A stretch of 62,761 bases of DNA, filler included, from Trichosphaerium sp. ATCC 40318 (taxonomy: Eukaryota > Protista > Tubulinea): NCBI GenBank assembly GCA_038496445.1. It is 4 parts of 4 records of this genome, joined end to end, with 100 filler letters (N's around TTAATTAATTAA, not from the genome) between each part and the next. Parts side by side here need not be neighbours in the genome. Positions count along the whole stretch, not along the records: positions 39,364 to 59,122 come from JALMLS010000121.1; positions 59,223 to 62,761 come from JALMLS010000308.1; 2 more parts are not named here. One strand, given 5' to 3'. The translations under genes and the position numbers were made by a program. Below, piece after piece: positions 50,942-62,761 of the stretch (positions are counted from its first letter, which is position 1; every line of letters starts with the position of its first letter). The notes beneath the pieces were generated by a model that was not told where the DNA came from, searched no databases, and saw only the letters and a list, made by a program, of their open reading frames with translations.

Positions 50942-51248
50942 TGAGTATCTTATAACGCCGTTTCAAAACACGTGATATCGCAGAGAACGCTTTGATCTAA
51001 AAACAAACTGTAACAGAGTCTCTGAATTTCACGAAGACTAAAAACTGAGACAAACCATTCAACAGGCAGAGCACAACAGGTATAGAATATAATGGGCATA
51101 AGGCGAGTACGCCAAATCGAGCTGAGTAGGTACAATGTGAACTACAGATAGGAACGTATGAAGTACTCGCAGTGACGTTATGTGGAGTAAATGTAGACTT
51201 AAAAAAGCCGACTGGCACTTATAACAAAAAACTGAGTGCAGTGTTCAA

Positions 51249-52768
51249 CTAATAGTTGTTTACGCCCTTTTCTGGTACAGCCATAGCAACTACTGGTTTC
51301 TTTTCAATAAAAAAGTCCTTGACATTATGTATAAGTGCCAGGACAGGGTTTGCGTGTCCGAACGCAAATACTACAGAAAAACGTTCGTCTTCTCTTTTGA
51401 TTAGAGTATAAGGTGATCCCCACCAATCATACATTGCCTTGTCGCCTTCTTTTTGAACCCCTAGTTGGTGTTACAGTGAGCTTTAAATGTAAAACAAATA
51501 CACTAGGTGTCACGTGTCTAAATCAAAAAGAATATCTTATTTGCAACCAACACGTGTTCGTGAAGTTGTTTTGTTAGTTTTTCTCTGTTTTTGAAAGGTT
51601 TCATGCGTACCTGGTCTTATACTATGATGTCTATAATATCTAGCATCTCCAGATAAATTTACAAGTGTACGTCTAGGTACTAGCATATCTATATCCTCAG
51701 CAGTCCATGACTCCTTAGCTACAACCCTAATATAGAAATCAAAAAAAAGCAAAAAAAGATTGTTCGCACTCCAAGTCACTAATGTATTCGCCGGTAGGTC
51801 CTAAAGTAAGTACAGTAGGCGATTTTAACCCCAAAATGAATACGTCAGGACCGTCATTTAAGGGATCTACGTGAGGATCTAGAAATGTGAATTAACAAAA
51901 AGTGACACTATGGCGAAAGAAAGTCAACAGCAAGACTTACCAAGCCTGAAGTATCCAGAATGCCTGTAGTTTATTGTAATATCTCTAGGACTACCAAGAC
52001 TATAGTAGCTTGAGCTAGTAATCTTATCTAATGTCTTACGAAGTTGTGGAGGGACTAAGGAGAAAACCATTAAACTGATAATTTTTCTTCCAAAAAAAAG
52101 AAGCGTGGTTGTTCAGCAAACGTGTTTTGTACCGTTTTCAATCTTAAAGTCATCACCGTATCCCCAAGGTGCCAGGCGTTGAATAGGGCTTTCATATCTT
52201 CCTGTTACACGCATTGTATTCACTGGAGGAGGATGTGGTAGGTAGTCCATAGCCATTTGATGCACATGAAAGTTTTGTGGGTCGTGGACGATACCATACT
52301 GTTTAATGACTTCCTTAAGTTCTTCTATGAGCTGCATTTAATTAGAAGGTAAGATTTATGGCACGGAGAAGCTGTTTTAACGCTTTTTACGAACTGTCTT
52401 TCTTTTTTGACTAAAGTGCTGTTTGATTCAATTTTATGCTTGGAGAAGATGTAAAGAGTTATTTCCGAGCATTGGTATTCATGTTGGGAGCTCTGAGAAT
52501 TATTTTCGTAATTATTCTGTAACAATGCGTTTTTTACTCTTATATTGCGTACTTCTGTTTCTTCTTTCTCGCTAACGAAGTCCTTTTCCGCTCTTAAGCC
52601 TGGGTTCAGATTGGGCCCTAATAGTCTTCCACCGGTGTCTAGATCGCGTAAATAACCAATATCTGACTTTCTGAAGGGTCTGTGCTCTTGTTGGCCGTAA
52701 TAAACAAAAGCGGCAGTGGCACTTGTTCCTGTAACCAGTGCTAACGATAGAAGCTTTAATAAGCTCAT
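51249..52768 (-). CDS. AlkB-like 2OG-Fe(II) dioxygenase (ALKBH7-like), possibly mitochondrial; 3' end uncertain
   Basis: DFVSEKEE..LIEE, INY..LDPHVD (HxD), LVPRRTLVNLSGDARYYRHHSI, RFSVVF. Confidence 0.75.
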
Positions 52769-52821
52769 TTGGTGTCAACTAGAAACGAATGTGGCAGTTT
52801 AAGAGCGAAGTTTTTATTAAG

Positions 52822-54943
52822 TCACTTGCTTCGCGATTTTCTCACTAACAGTACAACAGACGCCCATAAACTAAGCAGGGATACCGCTAAAAACAAAGCG
52901 AAAGTACTCTCCCAGCATTCTAAAAGAAATCAGTCCGACCGACGAAGTGAATGGAAGAAAACTCATTTTTTTTGCAAATTATTATGTACCAGAGCCTAGA
53001 CATGTTGTCTCATCTTTTGATATTGGAATTTCGTACATGGCACTTGATATGGATTGCAGAATTAAAAAACTTGCAGAATGGAGTCCTAATTGCTAAGCAA
53101 TAAATGAGTACCAAAGAAAAAAAAATCCAAAAAGAGTGAAGAAGAGATGTTTCTTACAGCTCCCCAAATTGCACCAAAATTCTTAACGTTAAACCAGTTA
53201 CTAGAAATAATTCCAGTTAGTAAGGTGAAACCATACAATCACGTGGAGAAATATTTACAAATTGCAGGTATAACTTTTTTATCGAAAATCACGTGCCTTG
53301 CTATACTGGGTGTAATGCTACCAGCCATTCCGTAATTCAACCCAGTTAGTATACAACCAAAATAGAATACCCACTCTGCCTTCATTCCAAATAAAAACAA
53401 TGCATTAATGAATGTTGCCAGTAAATTCAAACCAATAAGTAACCTGAGGATCAAAAAACAACATTAAAGAAATCCAGGTCAGGAGCATTTTCGTACCATA
53501 CGCTCCCTGATTTAGGCCAGCGTTTCTTTATAACATCGTAGAGTATACCACCTATAATACGTCCTATGCCACCCGTTACAGCTAAAGCTGTAGCATTGAC
53601 ATCAATGAGTGTTTTAGTCGTATCTGTATCTATGCCATGGAGCGATACTGCCAAGTATCCAATGCTATATCTAAACATGACTTAATAATATGAAAAAACA
53701 TGTGTTTTCTATACATGAGTGTAAGATTTGTAGCTGAACTAGCACACCATGTCGAAGAGTATAACCAGAAGTCTAAACTGATAAAATCCTGCAACAGTGA
53801 ATTATCTAGCAGTAATTTTAGCACAACAACATTAAGTGGGAAAATACTTTTTTTGGGTGCGTCTCCTTTCAATGTTAACGGCATATCCTCAGGGTTCGAA
53901 TTCAGAAGTACGTCTATTTTCTTGGTATATGGTTTTTTCTCTGGATAGATGTCAATGACTACAACACAAACAAAGTAGGTCACCTAATTTCTAGTTTAGA
54001 GAAGTGTTAAGAGAAATGTGTTTTAACGGACCATGTGCACAAGTGCTAGGAATAATGCATAACCCGCTACATCGTGGTCTTCAAATAAAGGTGTATCTCC
54101 ATATACTTGAGAGTACATAGGAGCAAACACAACGCCACTAAAAGCGAACATGAAGCTCAAGCATCCAATTATCAAACCTAAACAAAACCACTTAACCAAA
54201 CAACGCTCAGCAAAGTTTTCTACTGCTTGCCTCGCTTGTCAACTGGAAAGTTTACCACCTAGTCAAGTTAGTTTAAACTGCTCCTAAATTGAACTTTACA
54301 TCCAAGATTTACCTGTGTTGATAGAGCAGCGATGTATCCAAAACAATTTCCGGCGCCAACAAGTATGAATATAAAACATAGCAAAGCATAGTTAAATGCA
54401 ATGTTTCCCAGCATCACTTGCCACAAAAGCAAGTACCCAACGGTAGTGCACACCATACCACAAAACAGACCTATCTTTGCTCCAAAATTATCGCTAATGT
54501 ATCCAGCAAACACTCCATAAAAGCCTAAAAATATCCTTTAAATCCAAAAAATGGAGTGCACTAAAATAGGCAAAGTCGCTACCAATTCTTACACAACTAC
54601 GAATAAAAAATACGAGAAATTTCATGTGCCTTGTCACGTGCAGCTTTATTTTTAAACTTTGATGTAGTATAAGGTACCTATAAAGCTAATAGACCCAAGA
54701 AGAGTAACTTGTTGCTGATCCAAGTTCAATTGCTGTTTTAACGCTTAAAAAACGCTTAGAATAATAAAAGCATGTTGTAGTACCTTCTGCGTATGCGTTG
54801 AATGCTCCTCTTAGACTTCCTAAATGAGATGCCGATTATTTAAGGATAAGGAAAGCATTTCTTTTTTTAAAACCTGATACTAGTTCGCATATTAATGCTA
54901 CAACAAATCCAAAGCCTACAAGTACAGTGCGATTCAATGCCAT
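52822..54943 (-). CDS. MFS transporter, nodulin/Mch1-like
   Basis: Multiple TM helices, AGYISDNFG, NFPVDKRGLIIG, GRIIGGILYD, GLNYG, C-terminal C.G..C motif. Possible 1-nt frameshift near 52912. Confidence 0.8.
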
Positions 54944-55170
54944 ATTTTTTTATGACATTTTTGAAAATGTTTGACATTTTGTTTTTTCTTTCCGTACTTG
55001 GCCGAAGAACTGGTTCAATGACATAAAATTTATTGATTACTATCACCAAATGGTTAAATTAAACGTGTTTCAAGCGAAACATGGCAAGAAATGTATCTAC
55101 TAACTTATCTATTGTAACAATTTTACAAAAATTTACAGTTTCTCATTGTTTTTTGAAAATAAAAACAGTT

Positions 55171-58100
55171 TTATGGCGTTTTAACGTTATACAGTCTTTG
55201 CCTCAAGTGATGTAGTATTTCAATGACCTACTCGAATCAATACATACAATGAATAATATAAAATAAGGTATTACCTTTGGTCCAAACGCCTCAACACTGA
55301 TAACAATCATAGACTTTATATGTTCAATAGAAGCAACCTCTGTTAACGTCAGTCCTAGTCTATCCTCAACCTATTGTGTATCAGCTTTTGAGTATAATCT
55401 AAACATGATATACACAAGCTGTAACGTACCTCTTGCAAACCTCTTCGTGTCAAATGTTTCAAGTTTGCATCAGTCATCAGTGAGAGTAAATTAAAAATTA
55501 AATTCGCAGATTTCCGAAGTTTGCTATACGCCAAACATCCATACTGTACAAAAGACTCATAATGTTCACTTGTGTACCCGCCCAACACATCTATCATCTC
55601 TGAGGTAAGGCGCTAGAGAGTATGGTTGTTTAATATAAGGCAAACAGACGGAAAAAATTTAATACCATTGGTGATTCCCATCCTTTAGGATCGTGACCTA
55701 AATTAGACTATGAGCAATATTTTCTCTTATTCTTTGTTCTTGTCGTACCGAGTATCCATCCATAATCGATGTGGAAGAAGTTACCGCTTTCGGTGAGTAG
55801 TAGGTTATCCAAATGGCGATCACCAATACCAAGAACATACGTTATAACAGAAAAGCCAGCTAGTTAAAATAAGCCACTCGAATACTTATGACTTTTTACG
55901 TACCTAGAGACCTTACGTATGTATCGTGTACAGCAGGGTTGATGCCATAAGGACCTGTGTATTTAAGTAAGCACTTATTAGGCTAGATACAACGTGGTAA
56001 TGAGACATACCTGTACTATCTGGGCTGTACTTCATAAAAAATTTTTTGAGATCTTTTTTGTAGCTTGATATATTATGACTCTTTGGGACAAATTCTATCA
56101 TTCCTATCCGGCCATAAGTATTAATATAGTTTGATTAAGAAGATGGGAAAATCATACCACTACTAGAAGAAGTAGCTAGAACAGCATACGGAAGTAACGA
56201 TAAGTCCAAATTCTCTTCTTTCAAAAGATTGTCCATTAATGAAATCAACTAAAAAACCATATTAGACAGCGCTTACTACAGTTATCAAACATAGAATAGG
56301 TCATGGCTAATTCAATAAATATCTGGGTATGATGTTTTACCGCTCACAAATTTTGGAGACTTGGGCGACGGTTATTCAAAATTTGAAAAGTTCGCCTTCA
56401 GTTTTTTTTTATGTTTTGTTATTTGTTTTACCTGTATGATAAGTTGATCTTGTCGTAAGTCATCACCAAGCTTAAAAATAATACTGAATACAGAATCATC
56501 TTGTGTTATAATATCAACCTTCATAGGTGCTTGAGCTGATGTAAAAACCTTAACTTTGGCTAAAATAAACAAATTAACAAAAAACCGAACACAAATAACT
56601 CCAAAAAAACCCCACGTGTCAGGGTTGTTAGTCACGAGTTAGAAATTTAGTAGATATTTTACTTACGTTTTATCTTATGGATTATGAGTTCAGGATTTGC
56701 AGGAATTGGTACACCAGTGAATTTATTGGATATTTTTTCTATTTCCGCTGTAGCCATACGTTCCTTGTTTTTTTTAAATTAGTATTTGAAAATAACTAAA
56801 ATGTTTTTTACGTCGTTTGGTTTGTACCTTTTTATCAAAGTCACTTGTTGACGATATTTTATTTGCAACAGAAGTGAGAATATCAACAAGTTCATGCTGC
56901 TTTTGAAGGTGTCCTTGAAAGATACGACCACTTGGCGTCTATTGATATTCATTAACACCAAGTAAGTAACTTCATTTACAAAGGCAACAAAGCAAGTTGG
57001 AAATGACAAGAAAGGAAAGAAGAAAAAAATGAGATTGAAAACTAAAAAGGTTTTTTTAAAATTATTTCTACAACCATTCGTTACCTTGCTTAGTTTTCTC
57101 CAAAACATATCAAAAACTTGAGTAAAAAATTCTACATCGTCATTGTCGTTGAGTGTACTCGTTTTTTCAACAGTGAGAAACCTATCAACTAAATTAAAAA
57201 CTTTTCTTCACAGAAAACAGAGTCAATAAAAGAAGGCATACCAGTACAAGTTATTAGCCAGGTAAAAGCTAGTTGAAGCTCGGTCAATTAGTAACGCAAC
57301 AACAGCAGACGTTGAAGCTACACGATCGTAGCGCAGACTTTGCACAAGTTGCAGCAAGCAATAGCGAAGTTCCTACAAAGTGGTTAATGGTATATATACA
57401 AAAAAAACAATAAAGGGCACTGTTCTGACACGTACTTCGTCTGAAGATTTCTTAAGTACGCTTGCTGCGTATTGTCTAATCTTTGTGCTTATCTCAGGCC
57501 AAGGCAGACTTGAAAAATCCTTTGACAATAACTCTAATGCATCAACAGTTTCAATAGGTTCCCACCTAATGACTAGTAAATAAAATATTTTTTCAACATT
57601 CATAGCGTCCTGTAACAGCCGGAGGATGCCTCCCACCTATCATTTTACTGATCAAAGTATCGTATAGGTACGTACTCTTTAAGAAGCTGTACAGCTTCTT
57701 TGCCTTTTTGTTGACTCCAACGAACAGAAGATCGAAGGAACTTTGTCAGTGCTTTCTTGTTTTTTTGAAGATAATATCTATAACGCCAAAGAATATTCTG
57801 TTCACGGTTATTCAGTTCCCTTGATGGCGGGTACGCCAATATCATCTAATAAGGTCGTAGGTTAAAACACATGTCACACAAAGAAATACTTCCATCTACA
57901 AAGAAAAAACATAGGAGCTATACCTGTATTGTCTTTCGTTCGTCTGTATTAGGAAGAAGTCTTCTTGCATCATAATCACTTGTTTCAGCGCGCATAAGAC
58001 TCCAATGCATCTAAATTGGTAATAAGTGCATTGTAGGATTGAGGAGTTTGCTTTAAGTAATTGTATTTGAGAGTATTTGTTGCGTACTTTATCAGCTGGG

Positions 58101-59122
58101 TTGTCACAATAAGTTTCAGGGTCAAAAACATAGCTACCAAAAGGATAAGAATGTTTGTACTCCATATCACTGTTTTCTTGCTCATAGAACTACACGTTAA
58201 GGTAAGTACAAGTAATTATTGTGTACAGAGTACGAACGTTTTGATAGAAGATTATTGGGTTGCGGAGTACAGGAAGCTCAACAAACAGAGCAACTTCATC
58301 TTGGAAAAACGGGTCCATATTTGCTAACGGTACAATACCGCGCTCTTTAAGCTGTTCAATACCAAGAGGCTGTTCTGTACTTCTTGTTAGACTATCTAAA
58401 CCTGCCTGTTGGAGTACCTAAAAACAGCAAATTAGAAGGTAGAAAAAAGGAATCAATAACAGATTAACGCCAATTACTGTCCTGTGAAATTCTGGCTCTT
58501 ATGGTATTAAAGAAAATAGATTGAGATTATCGTCACAAAAGAATTTCTTACAATTCGCTGAAGAGCACAAAACAAAAAAATACAAAATTCAGTTTCAAAA
58601 AATGATTTCATCACGTGCATTTTGCAGTATTTTCTTGTGTTCTGTATGTGAGTAGTGTAAGCTATCTGTCCTCAACGATAGAGATTTACTATCCAATAGA
58701 AACAAGGTAAGCTTTTGACTTCCTCTACGCATCAACCTAAAAAATCACACGTCAAATCAATCCAAGCTAAATTATTGTTTTTTTTTTGGAATTGTTTTTT
58801 GGTTTTCAAAACGGTCTGTACCATGATTGCTTGTCAAAAAGCGGCAAGAGGTTTGAAGCTATAGGCACAAATTCTCGCGTACTAGCAACGCCCCAGATGG
58901 CAATAAATAAGAAGCTGTCGATTGGCAAATCTCTACAATGAATGTCAGTTTGACAGTTAATAAGCTAGGTAGAACATTTTATGGGCGCTGAATGGTGAAG
59001 TTACCTGTATTTAATTGGAAAGGTTATATTTTGGTTAAAATTGTACTCTTGATTGTCCAAAGACGCGAATTGCGTGTATTGTGGTGCACATAGGCAAGTT
59101 GCGCTTGTGAATAAACTACAGG
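55171..59122 (-). CDS. VPS34: Class III PI3-kinase (Vps34-like), 5'-partial
   Basis: C2 (ITFPIKY..LPIDS), helical domain ([32 protein letters not shown]), kinase domain ([38 protein letters not shown]). Confidence 0.88.
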
Positions 59123-59222
59123 NNNNNNNNNNNNNNNNNNNNNNNNNNNNNNNNNNNNNNNNNNNNTTAATTAATTAANNNNNNNNNNNNNNNNNNNNNN
59201 NNNNNNNNNNNNNNNNNNNNNN
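59123..59222. other. Artificial contig-joining spacer
   Basis: N44-TTAATTAATTAA-N44. Confidence 0.97.
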
Positions 59223-59376
59223 TACTGCTACATTGATAGAAATGGCATTAAAGGGAAAAAACGTGGCGTTCAATTTTGTATCAACGCTATCTGTCTGGCA
59301 AAACAAAAAGCTTGGCGTCCACATCTCTGAAAACAGAAAGCACGTGTTCTTTTGTTTGGTTTTTTTTTTTGTACAG

Positions 59377-60547
59377 ACGAAGGTGACATTTTTCTTTGAA
59401 TGCTAAGTCTATTGATAGACTTGAGGATACAGCTCCGCCTATAAGAAAAGAATACGCTCACTCTAAGTATATGGCTGAAAAGCTATGTTGGGATGCTCAA
59501 AAGAATGATGACTTGGAACTCACAGTATTTAGACCTGGATCGATAAGTGGTGTGTTTGCTAAAACTTTCATCACTTGTATGTTCAGACTTTAATTTTTCC
59601 TTCTTCTTAGGTCATAGCGTTACAGGTCACTTAAAGCAAGAGGACTTTATCAACCGAACTCTTGTTACAATCGTTCAGCTGGGTAAACAGTTTAAGTTTT
59701 TTGTTTTGATAATACAATACTCGATTTTTTCCTGTTTTGATTAACACCTGCCTAGGTATGTATCCAACATGTACTTACTCAAAAGTAGAATATACACCAG
59801 TAGATTATGTAAGCAAAGCAATAGTTTTATTAAGGTACTAATTTGAAAGCGAGTAATCGAATGCAAAGAACAACTATCTAATAGTTTTGTTTCGTTTAGT
59901 GAACAGAAGAGTTCTAGAGGTAGAGCTTATCATGTAAACTCAGATCCTATCTCATTTGATATGGTCACAAAGAGTTTAGTTTCTTTTGGATATAACCTAG
60001 AGAATTTCAAGCATTACAGAAATTGGCTGAGTGAAGTCTATGAAGATCCTTCTTGCGCTCTCTTTCCACTCCATAATTTGTACGATTTATTTTTTCTTTC
60101 TTCTCATACCACGTGTTTCAAAGGCAGGGGGAAAAAATACCAATCTCATACCCTTTGCAACGTACCTAACATATACTTGGGCTTTTGAAAAGTATCGAGG
60201 GTGTAAAGCGACTACAGTTGAAACCTTATTTTTTTGGGTTTTTTTGATTATTTTTGATACCAAAAAGATGCAGAGGTGACTTCATTGTCCTTTTAAAACT
60301 TTCGTCCTTAAACATGTATAGTCTCATTTCAAGTGCACCATCTTCATTGACTCAATACTCTCCCTCACAATCATCTAGTATTGCAGGAGGCGAATTCCCT
60401 TGTTCATCAAGAGTTAGCGATTACTATTGTGTTTCATCACTTAAAAAACTTAATGTTGTGTGTTATAAAGCTGACGAGGCTTTACTACATCGCTACATCA
60501 AGTATTTGATAAAGATAAAAGCAATGGAATCTCCACAAAGCGAATAA
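59377..60547 (+). CDS. C-terminal thioester-reductase (NRPS/PKS R-domain, extended SDR), 5'-partial
   Basis: YAHSKYMAEK (YxxxK), VFRPGSISGHSVTG, TPVDYVSKAIV, ALFPL. Confidence 0.8.
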
Positions 60548-60764
60548 ACGACAACGCAAAACGGAAAAAAATTATTAATTGTATTACGAGCAAATACCGG
60601 GAATGTGGTGTTTGTTAACAATAAAGTATACTAGTGGTTTAAAAAAGAACGTTCAGTGAAATAAAAAAAAACAAACGCAAAAGTCGACGAAAAAATATAA
60701 AAGTGCTCAAAATCATTTTACTGGCTTCCAAAAAGTGCACAAAGTACACAGAAGCAAAAACGGA

Positions 60765-60847
60765 TGCATGCTGCAGGACTTGAACCTGCGCGGGACGAAT
60801 CCCATACGGACCTTAACCGTACGCCTTAACCACTCGGCCAAACATGC
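60765..60847 (-). tRNA. tRNA-Leu(AAG)
   Basis: Reverse complement of 61595-61677. Confidence 0.92.
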
Positions 60848-61594
60848 CTTAACACACTGGATATTCACTTTGGTGGTGATTGGATACCCAAAAGCAGCCT
60901 AAAAGTGGTACCTTTGTTTTACCGAATATCAAATTCCGGACTGTCCAACTTTTTGATTTGTATATAATCAAACTCCTAGCGTCATTAGGCAGATCTGGTA
61001 GATATATTGATCATATACGGTTATACGTCTTGCACTTCCAAAGAAGAGAACTTCCTGTGCTAATTTTGTTTTTTTTTCATTTCACTTTTTTGGTTGTTTT
61101 TTGCGCCACTTTGCCTGTAGTGATGTTTTTGATATTGTATTCTAGAATATTTCTTTCATACCTCTTTTATGTTGGTGGATCTTGCAATGTTTGGAAAAGA
61201 AACAGTACGTTATGTTTGTGCTACAAAATTGTCAGCTGTTATGAAAGTATGATTCAACACGTTTACTTTTTGATGGCTGGAGGTCAGCGAGATATGGAAG
61301 AATAACTTCCCTAGTTCAATTACTCTAAAGTCAGGAATTTGATTGATTATTAAATTATTTTGTAGAGCGTGAAGATGAAACAGCGTTCATAAGTGCTTGC
61401 AATAAGCAAAGCGTTTTAAGACTGTACCTGGCATTGAGCATTATAGATTACATGACATAATGTGGATGCCAAGAAATGAAGAAAGAGTCAATTTTTAACG
61501 AAAAGGAATTTGATATTCGGTAAAACAAAGGTACCACTTTTAGGCTGCTTTTGGGTATCCAATCACCACCAAAGTGAATATCCAGTGTGTTAAG

Positions 61595-61677
61595 GCATGT
61601 TTGGCCGAGTGGTTAAGGCGTACGGTTAAGGTCCGTATGGGATTCGTCCCGCGCAGGTTCAAGTCCTGCAGCATGCA
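61595..61677 (+). tRNA. tRNA-Leu(AAG)
   Basis: Acceptor GCATGTT/AGCATGC+A, D-arm TGGCCGAGTGG, anticodon stem TACGG-TTAAGGT-CCGTA, long variable arm, GGTTCAAGTCC, TTTTT terminator. Confidence 0.93.
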
Positions 61678-61894
61678 TCCGTTTTTGCTTCTGTGTACTT
61701 TGTGCACTTTTTGGAAGCCAGTAAAATGATTTTGAGCACTTTTATATTTTTTCGTCGACTTTTGCGTTTGTTTTTTTTTATTTCACTGAACGTTCTTTTT
61801 TAAACCACTAGTATACTTTATTGTTAACAAACACCACATTCCCGGTATTTGCTCGTAATACAATTAATAATTTTTTTCCGTTTTGCGTTGTCGT

Positions 61895-62761
61895 TTATTC
61901 GCTTTGTGGAGATTCCATTGCTTTTATCTTTATCAAATACTTGATGTAGCGATGTAGTAAAGCCTCGTCAGCTTTATAACACACAACATTAAGTTTTTTA
62001 AGTGATGAAACACAATAGTAATCGCTAACTCTTGATGAACAAGGGAATTCGCCTCCTGCAATACTAGATGATTGTGAGGGAGAGTATTGAGTCAATGAAG
62101 ATGGTGCACTTGAAATGAGACTATACATGTTTAAGGACGAAAGTTTTAAAAGGACAATGAAGTCACCTCTGCATCTTTTTGGTATCAAAAATAATCAAAA
62201 AAACCCAAAAAAATAAGGTTTCAACTGTAGTCGCTTTACACCCTCGATACTTTTCAAAAGCCCAAGTATATGTTAGGTACGTTGCAAAGGGTATGAGATT
62301 GGTATTTTTTCCCCCTGCCTTTGAAACACGTGGTATGAGAAGAAAGAAAAAATAAATCGTACAAATTATGGAGTGGAAAGAGAGCGCAAGAAGGATCTTC
62401 ATAGACTTCACTCAGCCAATTTCTGTAATGCTTGAAATTCTCTAGGTTATATCCAAAAGAAACTAAACTCTTTGTGACCATATCAAATGAGATAGGATCT
62501 GAGTTTACATGATAAGCTCTACCTCTAGAACTCTTCTGTTCACTAAACGAAACAAAACTATTAGATAGTTGTTCTTTGCATTCGATTACTCGCTTTCAAA
62601 TTAGTACCTTAATAAAACTATTGCTTTGCTTACATAATCTACTGGTGTATATTCTACTTTTGAGTAAGTACATGTTGGATACATACCTAGGCAGGTGTTA
62701 ATCAAAACAGGAAAAAATCGAGTATTGTATTATCAAAACAAAAAACTTAAACTGTTTACCA
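61895..62761 (-). CDS. Inverted copy of the thioester-reductase 3' end
   Basis: Mirror image of 59682-60547. Confidence 0.7.

Larger units (their letters stand above)
59682..62760. repeat. Large inverted repeat: arms 59682-60937 and 61505-62760, 567-bp spacer
   Basis: Arms read as reverse complements (coordinate sum 122442) with mirrored identical ORFs. Confidence 0.95.

Noticed and set aside
60880-61305. 141-aa ORF in the palindrome spacer
   Set aside because: Non-ATG start, T-rich intron-like content and no recognisable domain.
1-62761. Alternative genetic code explaining the fragmented ORFs
   Set aside because: Stops fall inside GT/GC-AG introns; TAA, TAG and TGA all end genes; the 2031-aa ORF reads in the standard code.
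1-62761. CRISPR array, rRNA or prokaryotic operon
   Set aside because: No spaced direct repeats or rRNA motifs; gene structure is spliceosomal throughout.

Overview
Eukaryotic, AT-rich, gene-dense DNA with many short spliceosomal introns (often ~38-60 nt), probably a protist. The F-box/ARM and SH2 content would fit an amoebozoan, but this is inference. The window is four contigs joined by artificial 100-bp spacers (44 N + TTAATTAATTAA + 44 N) at 15372-15471, 39264-39363 and 59123-59222, so adjacency across spacers is not meaningful. About 24 spliced genes can be rebuilt by eye, with approximate exon limits: M1 aminopeptidase-HEAT, F-box/ARM, cofilin, RhoGAP, a divergent Ran, a WW protein, acyl-CoA synthetase, F-box proteins, CH-SBF2, SPRY, ankyrin, NadE, a bacterial-type PARG, GST, ZIP, F-box-like/SH2-SH2, AlkB-like, MFS, Vps34-like PI3K and a thioester reductase. 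Highlights: (1) an intact, very recent Ty3/Gypsy retrotransposon with identical 98-bp LTRs, a CTCAT TSD, one 2031-aa gag-pol ORF, an atypical CHHC knuckle and an unrecognised ~200-aa C-terminal extension, inserted in sense into intron 1 of a SPRY gene; (2) two diverged 233-bp MITE-like elements with TIRs and 3-bp TSDs; (3) a >=1.25-kb inverted duplication carrying two divergent tRNA-Leu(AAG) genes; (4) strong window-wide enrichment of CACGTG; (5) several GC-AG introns and micro-exons.
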